Shown piece after piece: positions 10,761-21,866 of a stretch of 64,000 bases of DNA; the first letter of the stretch is position 1, and each line of letters starts with the position of its first letter. This DNA comes from Podarcis pityusensis (taxonomy: Eukaryota). The stretch lies in NCBI GenBank assembly GCA_964106645.2, contig OZ067050.1; one strand, given 5' to 3'. A program made the position numbers and the translations under genes. The notes below the pieces were generated by a model. It was not told where the DNA came from. It ran no database searches and was given only the letters and a program-made list of their open reading frames with translations.

Positions 10761-11750
10761 TTAAATCCACACACAGAGAAGAAAACTAAATAATATATTA
10801 TTGGAAGTGGTCCTTAGTCTTAACAAATTTGACAAAGCAGCCTTGATCTCTTTGTTTCTCATGCTGTAAATCAGTGGGTTCAGCAAAGGTGGGACCATGG
10901 AATATATCACTGTAAAAATTAAATCTAAATGTGTTGCTGTATTAGTCATGGGACTCAAATAGGAAAACAAGCCTGTGACCATAAATGTGGAGAATACCAT
11001 GAGATGTGGAAGGCAGGTAGAGAAGGCCTTTTGTCTTCCCTGTGTAGATGTCATCCTTAACACCGCACTAAAAATCTGTACATATGTCACGAGAACAAAT
11101 ATAAAACAGCCTAACCCAATGAGAGAAAACAAGAGCAGAACTCCAGTTTCAATCTGATTTTTCTTAGAACAGGAAAGCTTTACTAACTGTGGGATTTCAC
11201 AGAAAAACTGATTGACAACATTGGAGCAGAAAGGAGTTGCAAAAGTGCTGACAGTGTGCAAACCTGCATAAAGAAACCCAGTGATCCATACAGTAAGGAT
11301 CATTTCAGTGCAGGCTCTCCTGTTCATCACCACCTGGTATTGCAGTGGATTACAGATAGCAACATACCGATCATAGGCCATAACTATGAGGAGGAAAAAA
11401 TCAGTAGATAAGAAGAAGGTGAAGAATAGGGCTTGACCAACACATCCGGAATAAGAAATGTGTCTCGTATTCATGAGGGAATTGGCCATGGATTGGGGGA
11501 TAATGACCGAAACCTGGCCCAGGTCCTGCATGGCCAGGTTCATCAGGAAGATATACATTGGGGTGTGCAGGTGGTGGTCAAAGGCTACTGCAGAGATGAT
11601 GAGAAGATTCCCTGTTACAGTTGCCAAATACAATACCAGGAACAGGATGCTGTGTAGACTTTGTAATTTCTGAACTTTTGAGAATTCCAGAAGCAGAAAC
11701 TCTGAAACAGTAGTTTGGTTAGCGATGGCTTGATCCTTGCTAACATCCAT
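10761..11750 (-). CDS. Olfactory receptor, family 14-like (329 aa)
   Basis: Motifs LHTPMYIFL, MAYDRYVAICNPL, KAFSTC, PPLLNPLIYSMRN. First ATG at 11750 follows a ttttacag acceptor (the ORF track starts at an upstream GTG). Confidence 0.93.
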   Translation of the reverse strand: MDVSKDQAIANQTTVSEFLLLEFSKVQKLQSLHSILFLVLYLATVTGNLLIISAVAFDHHLHTPMYIFLMNLAMQDLGQVSVIIPQSMANSLMNTRHISYSGCVGQALFFTFFLSTDFFLLIVMAYDRYVAICNPLQYQVVMNRRACTEMILTVWITGFLYAGLHTVSTFATPFCSNVVNQFFCEIPQLVKLSCSKKNQIETGVLLLFSLIGLGCFIFVLVTYVQIFSAVLRMTSTQGRQKAFSTCLPHLMVFSTFMVTGLFSYLSPMTNTATHLDLIFTVIYSMVPPLLNPLIYSMRNKEIKAALSNLLRLRTTSNNILFSFLLCVWI

Positions 11751-12479
11751 GCTATCTGTAAAAAGAATCACAAGTGGTATCTCTTAATTTCAACAGAATA
11801 TTGTAATAATATAATGCTGTCTAAGAAGTGCTATAAGAGACAAATAAAACAGAGCTAGAAATAGTTGTGCCTAATCATTGAGGCTAACTGAACATCCAGT
11901 GACAATGAAGCATGTCCAAACTATAGACCTCCTCCTTCCAGAACAGGCCATTCCCCAATTTCCTAGACTTGAGAACTCAGAGCACATATCACCTCTGTCT
12001 TTTCAAGATTCAGCTTCAATTTATTGGCCCACATCCAGCCCATCATTGTCTCCAAGCACCGGTATAGCGCCTGAACCACATCTCCTGTTTTAGATGGAAC
12101 AAAGTGATAAACCCAAGTGTCATCCACATACTAATGGCACAAAATTTCCTAATTATGGCTCCCAGCAGTGTCATTTGTGTCCAATAAGGTCATAATGAGA
12201 TTTTCTTCACTTACATTTGATCTACCTTGCAACTACCTACCTATACCTCTGCTCAAATGTAAACCAAGGAGCTACAAGAATTCTGCCCATTGGAAAAGGC
12301 CTTTGTTATTTCTCGGTTCCATAGATCAACTATGGCTTTGGAAGGAGCAGCTATCGTTCCCATAAACCTTCAAAAATTCACCAGAAACCACTACAATTGG
12401 GGGTGCACATTTTAATAGCCCCCCCTTTCCAAGGGAAAGAGCTACTAAATTGTTTAATCTCAACAGGAAAAAACATGAC

Positions 12480-12750
12480 CATGATAAGGGTTAAGATGTT
12501 TCAGATCATTGCCCTCCCGCATGGCTGTCAGGACCAAATGCAGAATATGTCCTGATGCATGTGATGTAGTAATGACATATTGGAACAGCCCCATAGCTGC
12601 CATAGTGGCCATGAAGCCCTGAACCAGCACAAACAAGCTAGTCTTTTGATGGGTATTGAATTCCCCCAGCACAATCATCCTGGAGGTCTCCAACTCCAAC
12701 TCTGAGACCACTTCCATTAACTCAGGTAGACAAATTGCTGGTTGACTGCC
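12480..12750 (-). mobile_element. Old L2 LINE endonuclease fragment
   Basis: Translation IVLGEFNTH...FMATMAAMGLFQYV...SHASGHILHLV resembles LVLGDFNIH...MATLGLSQFVSGPTHQAGHTLDLI in the 21873 ORF. Confidence 0.7.
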
Positions 12751-14234
12751 ACTGGTTCTTTCCACCCAGGTGGGCAGGGTATAATTATCATTGCCAACAA
12801 CATCATCATCATCATCATCTCCATAACATGCCTAAAACAAGAGCTGAACACAGTCAAAGTCAATTTGTCTCCCCCAAAATGGTGAAACCTCTAAGACCCC
12901 TTAGATTTATGCTGTTAACCCCACACAGCCTCTATTTGCACACCAAATGATTATTTGTATCTCCCCCAGTTGAAAATCAGCACTTCCCATCCTCCACAGC
13001 AAGTCATTTCTGAGGGGGAAAATATCTGAGGAAAACTACATTGGCAAAAAATACTTTATATTTGTGGTCAAAGAATGGAGATAGTTAAACAGTCAAAGGA
13101 AAGTGAGGAAATAAGGCATAAAAGTTCTGGACATGATGAAACTGTTTCTTGCAGCTGAATGACATACAGTGGTTAGCTACGTATGCTTACTTTGTTGGTA
13201 AGGATTTATCCACACTTAACTTTCCTCCAGTCTTTCCAGGCACAATCTGCACTTTAAAGCTCTGAGCATTCTTTTTTTTTTGCTCAGGAGTATTCCCCAT
13301 GTAAACTTGCTCTGTAAAGCTAAGTAGCAGCAAACAGCAATCCATGGAAAAGCCAAATTGCCATTTGTTGCACTTCAGCTTTAAAGAGTAGATTTTCATG
13401 GGCAAAGCTCAGGGGCGAAAGAGAGAGTGCTTGGACATGGAGCTTTAAAGTGTTGGCTTGTTCCTGAAAAGAGTAGGGCAAAATGTAAGTGTGGATAAGT
13501 TCTAAGTTCCAGCTAATTGTGCATGAGACTACAACAGAACCAAAATGGGAAAGGTCTGTTCCATGGAAACCAGATACGTTGAAAATTAATGATTTTTCAG
13601 GCTTTACATATGATAAGCATCCTAGCATCAAAGCACTAGAAAAGCAATTAATGTACACAGTCATATTTTATTTACAAAAGTTGCATAAACTCCAATTAAT
13701 ACTCAGAAATTTCACTAGCCGTGTAAAAAACATTTTGATTTCCCATTACATTCCTTATAAATTTTGCCTGAGGAGAATCCTTGAATTTATTTTGAATGTT
13801 ATGCTTGCAAAATCCACAAACAAGCAGTTGGTCTATGGAATTCTACTAAGAAATGTTGGAAATCTTAAGGAAACCAATTTCATCTTCCCCACTGTTCCCC
13901 ACTAAGTTTTTTTTAAAAAAAAAAAAAATTATCTAGAGGAATCCCCAAATTCACTGAGAACATAAATCTAGTTTGGAATTTTGAAGGCAGCTTTTGTTTT
14001 GTTCATTGTGGTCCTACATTGTATAATACATTGTTTTTTTCAGTAAAAGATTTCACATTTTTTGTGAAGAATAAAATATCAAAAATATTCCAGTGTCCAG
14101 AAAGAAGGGTGTGTGTGGACAGATTCAATGCAGTATTTTCCTAAATAGAAACTTTAGAGAATATATATGTGAGATCAATTAAGTAACTCCTATGGTGTTA
14201 AGTAATATTTTAACTATATAAATTATTTTTTTTC

Positions 14235-14412
14235 TCTTACCTTCAAAAGCACTTTCTCTTCTATTGACTTCAGCTAACTGTATTTGGATAGTCATTCATG
14301 AAAATATATGAAAATCAATCAGGCTTTGATGCCAGTAATCACCTCTTCAACATGGGGAGGAGATTGTACTAATATCTGTTTTGTGTTCCTAGAGATTTGC
14401 TCCCTGGAGTTC
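14235..14412 (-). promoter_or_regulatory. Probable promoter and non-coding first exon of the 11750 OR
   Basis: Conserved with 28980-29158; GAAG|GTAAGA donor at 14240; O/E-like sites CTCCAGGGAG and TCTCTAGGAA. Confidence 0.5.
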
Positions 14413-14509
14413 ACCAGAGACTAGCAATAGAGACATTCAGGAAATGCATTCAACTTGTTATTTGGTTCAACATTTTTTTGAAAAAATGGAGGACAGAAGG
14501 TACATAATG

Positions 14510-14658
14510 GTAAAGGTAAAGGGACCCCTGACCATTAGGTCCAGTCGTCACCGACTCTGGGGTTGTGGCGCTCATCTCGCTTTATTGGCCAAGGGAGCCG
14601 GCGTACAGCTTCCAGGTCATGTGGCCAGCATGACTAAGCCGCTTCTGGCGAACCAGAA
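14510..14658 (-). mobile_element. Sauria SINE, 5'-truncated
   Basis: Tail and 3' body match the other copies. Confidence 0.85.
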
Positions 14659-14789
14659 GATATATGCCTATTAGCTAATTTCAGTTTGCTAATATTTCTG
14701 CCTGTGTTTGTATGCATTTGCAGGCATTCCTCAACAGACCTCTAATTTCCCCATCCTGCCATGCTGCCCCATTGACTGCTGCTGAGCAA

Positions 14790-15310
14790 TCTTTCAGCAA
14801 TGGGTGGAATCAGAAATGGCCACTCACCCAGTCCCAGCAGCATACTTTTGTAAAGAGGTGACCCACCACAGTGCAGGTTGTGGCAGGAACTGTCAAAATA
14901 TATTAGCCCTCTCCACAACGCCCCCCCCCCTACCATCTGCCCCATGGCTTCAATATGGGAGCCATCAGGATGACCTGCTCTGTGTCTGCCTGGGAACCAC
15001 TGCCCTGTGCTGCCTTGGATCCAGTCCAGAATAAGCTCAGCGTGGGGCCAATGTTTAATTAGGGGTTTAAAACCCTATTTATCTATATACATTCAGGAGA
15101 TGGGTGAAGGAAAGTGAACTTGTATCTCCTTTGCTCCTTCCACCCAAGACAATGTTGCCAACCCCAACCAGTACTGACCCCTCTACTAGTCACAACTGTG
15201 GTGAAGGTGTTGATTTTCACACTGTACATATGGATGCCAGAAGGAGGGGCTATGCAGCAAATGTGATGCCAGTCCTGGAGTGCAACTCCACTCCCCAACT
15301 ATGTGTTGAA
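14790..15310. repeat. Unclassified interspersed repeat; second diverged copy at ~36300-36710
   Basis: Shared blocks GTAAAGAGGTGA, CCATGGCTTCAAT, ATCCAGTC-AGAATAAG(C/T)TCAG, AATG(T/C)TTAATTA. Confidence 0.5.
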
Positions 15311-17165
15311 AGGATGAGGATGTCTAGGGGATTGGGAACCTTCTTCAGTCAAGGACCACATTACATCCTGGACCAGGACCAGGTACCACTGCTGGACAGT
15401 GCCAGAGATAAAACTAGATGCAGGGATAAATGTGAATTTTACATTTGCAAAGTAGGCTAGATTCTATACACTCACACTACCCTCTCTATCCTCCATCCTG
15501 ACAAGTGAGAGGCATTAACAGAGCTCAAGGACACATTTCAGTCAGGCAAAACAATTCAGGAAGGTGTGAAGCAGGCATGGGGAGATTGTGTGACTGGTGA
15601 AGATTTGTAGCCTGTGGAGTGTCCCAAGAGCCATGTAGAGGAGTCTAAGGGGTTGCATTTGACTCCCACAACTGAGGATCTAAAGCAGGGCAGTCCAGCC
15701 TTTCAAACCAAGTGGGACACAAGAGTTGATACCGAAACCACAGACCAGACACTGAATTAAATTTTCATGTCATTAATTAAAGTGTTCACAATAGAGTTAA
15801 TACTATTTAATATATGCCACACACAATTTAATGGTTTAATGTATTTATTCATTTATTAAATAAATTTAATCTGCATACTCAGGGTGACTCCCTTACCAAT
15901 AAATAGATGCAAAACACAAAAATGTGGGAGAATCCAGGATCAGTGTGTGTGAGAGAGAATCCAACTCCTGAAAGATCTGAGCATATGTAACAGGAATCAA
16001 AGTAACCACAAAACAATTACCACCACATTCCATCCCTCTCATGCAGTTGCACTCCTGACTATCCCTCTCCCTGTCCATCCTGCTGGGGGTGAAGAGAAGA
16101 GGCAGAAAGTCACAAATCCAAGGACCCCTTTCCTTATTGATACATGTGTGTGTGCTTTGGGTGTAAGAGACATTAGAGGTGGGTATCTAAAAAAAATCCC
16201 CCCTTGCTAATCTATAAACAAGAGCCCATGTTTGCTCTTCCCACCACACAGTTATTTTCTGCACAGCCAAGATCTACCTAGCCTGATCGCCCCAAATTGT
16301 CATTCCTCGCCAGCCCACTGATTCCCCCTTTTCTAGCCCCCAGCCAGGTCATTGACCTGTGTGAACAGGAGGCAATGAGGAGCCCCTCCAACTTACCAGA
16401 AGCAGCACTCTGGGGACTTGGGGGCAGCTCTCACCTAGCTCTCTGCTTGCTCCTTCCTGACACTGGTGGGTGGGGGGCAGCACCAGATTTAGAGCAGTGC
16501 TACCAGTTCACCCACACAGGATGCCCTGCCTAGGACTCCCAAAAATGGCCTTGTAGGCTACATGTTGGGACACCCCAATCTTGGTATAAAATCCCCCATC
16601 TTCATTTGGAGTACTAATGCACGTTGCACTGTTTTATCTCTTCATATATTTTGACTATGGCAAGCTTATTCTAGTCACACTTTCCAACTTCTTTATAAAG
16701 GCTATAGATAAAACATTTCACCTCATTTTTTAAGGAATGAAACACAATAGAAAACACCTTTGAGTGTGTTGCACCTGCTCTTTCCCAATGACCTTTTGTC
16801 TCTCCAGTCTTCCCATTCCTCCACTTCTGGCTCCAATCCCACATCTGCAAAATGGAGACTGCATGTCAAAAGAAGTGCTGGTATGTGAAATCATAACACA
16901 AGAGGGAATTTGTGGCCACCCAAGGGTCATTCTGAATGCTGATTGCCATATGTGCAAGTTGTGACATAAAAAGAAAACAAAAAACATTATAACATCCCTA
17001 TAATGACATACACAACAATGAGTTAAAAACAAGTGAATTGGTGAAAATTTACAACACCTGCAAGAATGGGTACATAGGTAAGCTCCCATGAATGAAATTA
17101 CTTTTTATCTATTGGCTTACATTTCCACAGCAAGAATTTATAACTAATACAAATGTTGAGGAATA

Positions 17166-17401
17166 CAGTGGTACCTTGGTTTACGGGCTTAATCCATTCT
17201 GAAAGTCATTTATTAAACCAAGGTGTGCTTTCCAATAGCAGTGGCAGACTCAATTTACAAATGGAACACACTCAACAGGAAGCAGAACATGTTCTTCTTC
17301 CAAGGCAAAGTTCACAAACCAAAACACCTACTTCTGGATTTGCAGCGTTCTTAATCCAAGTTATTCATAAATTAAGCTGTTCTTAAACCAAGGTACCACT
17401 G
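17166..17401. mobile_element. Tc1/mariner (Tigger/pogo-like) MITE
   Basis: Perfect 18-bp TIR CAGTGGTACCTTGGTTTA / TAAACCAAGGTACCACTG flanked by TA. Confidence 0.9.
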
Positions 17402-17892
17402 TATAAGCTTTTAAGGAGAACATTGTTATGAATTTTAACATGTGATAATTTACCAGTCAACTGGCAGTCAACACAATCATCTATATTAAATAAGCTTTAG
17501 ATCCTCCTGATTTCAATGGGAAAGATTAAATCTGCAGTCCAATACACAATAGCCAAAAACTCTAAATGTATTCAATGAGGTTTATTTCTGAGTATATATT
17601 CAATTATATAAATGCTAGCAGTGAGCTAGCTACATTTGCCCAGTTTGGGAGTTTATTCATTCTAAAGAAGGCTTGGCTTGTATATTGGTCCTCCAATTTC
17701 TGTCTGCCTCTGCTAGCATGGGTAATGGATAGGGAGGATCAAAGCTTTAGTACAACATCAGTCTAAAGCCCTATATGGCTACAATCTTTACCTGAGAGTA
17801 ATTCCCATTGAGTTCAGTGTTGCCTACTTCTGAGTAAACAAACATATGAATGGAAATTTTGGGCAAGGCATATAGACAACAGAAACTGTTTT

Positions 17893-18852
17893 TTAAAATG
17901 CACTGGAGAACGGTTTTTGCCGAAGGATTGGGGGAGAAATGTTAGTAATCAGTTTCCAGAATGCCACTTTCAGTTCCTTGTTTCTCATGCTATATATGAG
18001 TGGGTTCATTACTGGTGGCACCATGCAGTAGAACATAGAAACCAGGAGGTCAAATGCTGATGGGGAACTGGAACTTGGTCTGAAATAGACAAAGGTGCCA
18101 CTTACCACAAACAGGGAAATAACAATAAAGTGAGGCAAGCAAGTTGAGAAGAATTTTTGCTTCCCTTGGCTGGATGGGATTCTCAGAATAGCTCTGAAGA
18201 TCTGAACATAAGAAAAAATAATTAGAGAAAAGTAAATGAAGCCAAAAGAAGACCCAAAAATCAGAACCCAAATTTCATTGAGATATGAGTCAGAGCAAGA
18301 GATTTTCAGCAGTTGTGGGATTTCACAGAAGAACTGATTGATGACATTAGAACAGAACTCAAATCTGAATGTAGCCCCAGTGTACATAGTTGAATAAAAA
18401 ACTCCACCAATCCATGCACTGGCTGCCATCTGAATGCAAGCTTTTTTGTTCATAACAGTCTCATAATGCAGTGGATTGCAGATGGCAACATAACGATCAT
18501 ATGCCATGACACCAAGAATGATGAAGTGGGAGACCATGAAGAAGACAAGGAAGGAGACTTGGCAGATACATCCAGAGTAAGAGATGGTTTGGGTCTTCAT
18601 CAATGAATTTGCAATGGACTTGGGAACTGTAACGGATATGGAGCCAAAGTCTTGGAATGACAGGTTGGCCAGAAAGAAGTACATGGGTGTATGAAGCTGG
18701 TGGCTATAGATGATGACTGTGATGATGAGAAGGTTTTCTATGAAGGCCACCAAATACATCATGACAAAAATGATGATGTGGAATATCTGCAACTGCTGGA
18801 TTTCAGCAAATCCATGAAGAAGGAATCCATTCACTCTTGACTGGTTAGACAT
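17893..18852 (-). CDS. Olfactory receptor, family 14-like (319 aa)
   Basis: Motifs LHTPMYFFL, MAYDRYVAICNPLHY, PPVMNPLIYSMRN; ATG (MSNQS) at 18852 downstream of a ttcacag acceptor. Confidence 0.92.
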   Translation of the reverse strand: MSNQSRVNGFLLHGFAEIQQLQIFHIIIFVMMYLVAFIENLLIITVIIYSHQLHTPMYFFLANLSFQDFGSISVTVPKSIANSLMKTQTISYSGCICQVSFLVFFMVSHFIILGVMAYDRYVAICNPLHYETVMNKKACIQMAASAWIGGVFYSTMYTGATFRFEFCSNVINQFFCEIPQLLKISCSDSYLNEIWVLIFGSSFGFIYFSLIIFSYVQIFRAILRIPSSQGKQKFFSTCLPHFIVISLFVVSGTFVYFRPSSSSPSAFDLLVSMFYCMVPPVMNPLIYSMRNKELKVAFWKLITNISPPILRQKPFSSAF

Positions 18853-20113
18853 TGTTCTTCTCTGATGTTTGTTTGGTACCTGTGAACAGAAATATATCAC
18901 ATTACTTCTTTCTTATTCATCTGTAACTATCTTAGTGATGTTCTCTCAACATCTCTCTATCTGTTCTAACAGTGGTAAGCTTCAGCATTCAGTTTATTCA
19001 TGTCTCATTTCTAATCACACCCTGAAGGTTTAATTCTCATGAGTCTTGTACAGCTCAGCAACACTGAATCAGATGTGTATTTTGAGAGTTGTGCAGGTGG
19101 TGAACTTAGATTGTCCGTGATCCAAAGTGCTGTTAGAATTTATATAAAGGACTTGGGCCATAATAGCTAACTGGGTCACCATTCACCTTATGGTGAATGA
19201 AAAGTAGCATTTAAGATTATGGCAACCCCTCTTGAACTTCTGGTCCTGGGTACAATATAATAGTGTGTTGGAATTATTTTATGAACACAGCAAGGAAAGC
19301 TTAATGCAGTTTTATTTCGACAAGAAGCAACAGTCACTGGGGAGTTCACCAGGGTCGATTCCACAGATGTATAAATTACACAGGCTTATATAGAGCCCTT
19401 TCCTTAGCTTTATACACATGGATGTAGAAATTAAGTGACATTCACAGAGGAAAAGCAGGCATTATCAGAGCTGGAAACCTTGTTCAGCAAGAAGAGGATG
19501 GAACTTGTTATCAGGCTAGCTCAAGGCTGAGTTATTCCTGCACAAATATTCTTGACACATTCTTAGCACAATATGAGTAAGCTGATTCTAACAACATTTT
19601 TAATGCAATCTGGGTAATGGGAATCAATGGATTCCCCTTACAACAGTCTTAAAAATACTTGTGTTTTAGTAGGCATACAACAGACTCAACATGGTGTGAC
19701 TCCTGGAGACAGATAACATTAGGCTGGTGCTTGTGGACAGCATCAGCTACCCTTTTACATTTGCTTGGGTCTCCCAACCCTCATACGTTCCATCAAAGTA
19801 TCATCACATTACATTTAGGATTCACCTAAAGGATGAATCGAATGCAGGTCGCCGAATGCAGTATTCCATCCACTATGACCATCAGATTGAATGGGAAGCC
19901 TCATCTATATGGAATTTTCACTTTGTGTAGATACCCCATTACAAGACTGAGTAGTGGTGGTGCCCTAAAGTGCCTCCACGTATATTTTGTAAAACAATGG
20001 TCTTGGGATCCTGGAATTTTAGCACTTTGACTCTTTCTTGAGTAATTCCTATTAATTAAAAATAAAAGAATTCCTTCCAGTAGCACCTTAAAGACCAACT
20101 AAGTTAGTTCTTG

Positions 20114-20151
20114 GTATGAGCTTTCGTGTGCATGCACACTTCTTCAGATAC
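20114..20151 (-). ncRNA. Minimal type I hammerhead ribozyme motif
   Basis: Reverse complement of 20332-20369. Confidence 0.75.
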
Positions 20152-20331
20152 ACTGAAACAGAAGTTGCCAGATCCTTCTATATAGTGAGAAGGTGGGGAG
20201 GGGTATTACTCAGAAGGGTGGTGGGAATGGGTGATTGATATCTGCCAATCACCCATTCCCACCACCCTTCTGAGTAATACCCCTCCCCACCTTCTCACTA
20301 TATAGAAGGATCTGGCAACTTCTGTTTCAGT

Positions 20332-20369
20332 GTATCTGAAGAAGTGTGCATGCACACGAAAGCTCATAC
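20332..20369 (+). ncRNA. Minimal type I hammerhead ribozyme motif
   Basis: GTAT-CTGAAGA-A-GTGTGCATGCACAC-GAAA-GCTC-ATAC; predicted cleavage after C20365. Confidence 0.78.
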
Positions 20370-20584
20370 CAAGAACTAACTTAGTTGGTCTTTAAGGTGC
20401 TACTGGAAGGAATTTTTTTTATTTTTGACTATGGCAGACCAACACGGCTACCTATCTGTAACTCCTCTTAATTAAGTGAAAGGTGAATCTGACAATTATA
20501 TCCTTGGGCTTTACAATGGAACTCATATTTAAGGAAAACAGATGAGGCACATGCCTAAGTTCTTGACATTGATACCAGGAAAAG

Positions 20585-21532
20585 TTTGAGAACAGATAAT
20601 TCAACAGTCAGTCTGTGGGGACATAGAAAAGGATGATGTGATTACCAAGACCCAGCATGGGTTTCTCAAAAACAAGTCATGCCAGACAAATCTCATTTCT
20701 TTATTCCTTTTTTTCTTTTCTTTTTTGATGGATTGAGTGTCAAGCTTGGTGGATCAGGGGAATGCTGTGGACGTAGTGTAACTTGATTTCAGTAAGACTT
20801 TTGGCAAAGTGATATTTTTGGGAAGAAGCTGGTAAAATGTGGGTTGAGTGGGGTAACTGTTAGTTGGATTTGTAGCTGGCTGGCTGACCCAATCCAAAGA
20901 GTACATCTAATCCTGGAAACAAGTGACAAGTAGGGTGCCACAGGGTTCTGTCCTGAGCTCATTGTTGTTCAATGTCTTTATAAATGACTTGGTCGAAGGA
21001 ATTGAGGGGATGCTCATCAAGTTTGCAGATGATACCAAACTGGGAGGGGTTGCTAATGCCATGAAAGACGGAATCAGGATTCAATATAACCTTAACAGAT
21101 TGCAGACCTGGGCCCAAACTAAAAAAATGAATTTCAGTAGGGACAAATGTAAGGTTCCACATTTGACAGGAAGAAACAACTGCACTAAATCACTGGATTG
21201 CCAGTAGTACATGTGAAAAGGATCTAGGGGTCTTAGAAGACCACAAGCTTAAGATGTGTCAACAGTGTGTTTTAACAGCAAAAAAATAAATATAATGTTA
21301 TTCTAGGCTGCATCAGCAGAAGTATAGTGTCCCAATCAAGGGAAGTAATAGTATCACTTTATTCTGCCTTGGTCAGATCACATCTAGAATATTGTGTAGT
21401 TCTGGGTTTCACAATTTAAGAAGGATCATGACAAGATGGAATATGTGCAAAGAATGGTGGCCAAGATAACCAAGAGTCTGGAAAAGAAGCCTTATGAGGA
21501 AAAGTTGAAGGAGTTGGGTTTGTTTAGCTTGA
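20585..21532 (+). mobile_element. Degenerate CR1 LINE ORF2 (RT) fragment
   Basis: QHGFLKNKSCQTNLIS, VDVVxLDFSK, VPQGSVL...FINDL, LIKFADDTKLGG, with stops and frameshifts. Confidence 0.88.
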
Positions 21533-21866
21533 ATTAGAACACATTATTGACATGGATAGACTAGACAATGGAATTCTTAATTTTAAGGCAAACATTGAGT
21601 TAATTGGAATGAAGTTTGGCCTATTTATCCTCCTCACCTTCATTATCATCTAACTTTCCTTTCCATTCAGTGTTGCAATCCATGGTATCCCCCAATTACT
21701 CCACTTGGTTTGGGATTCAGCTGAATTAGGTGTACAAACACAATAAAAGCATCCTGCTAGTCTTATCTAAGGGGTTTCTATTTGCAAAAATTCCATTAAG
21801 CAAAATTATTTCAGTTAGAGTCCTTTATCCTCTTTATAGATCAGGCTGCCTCAAATCCATGTTTTA

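Larger units (their letters stand above)
20060..20458. mobile_element. Penelope-like pseudo-LTR insertion in inverted (hairpin) configuration
   Basis: Perfect 169-bp inverted repeat (20069-20237 / 20246-20414) with an 8-nt loop; TATA-like box and hammerhead in each arm; 15/17 TSD (20043-20059 / 20459-20475). Confidence 0.87.

Noticed and set aside
19266-19645. Possible solo LTRs here (TGTTG...CAACA) and at ~29310-29750
   Set aside because: No convincing TSD or second copy in the window
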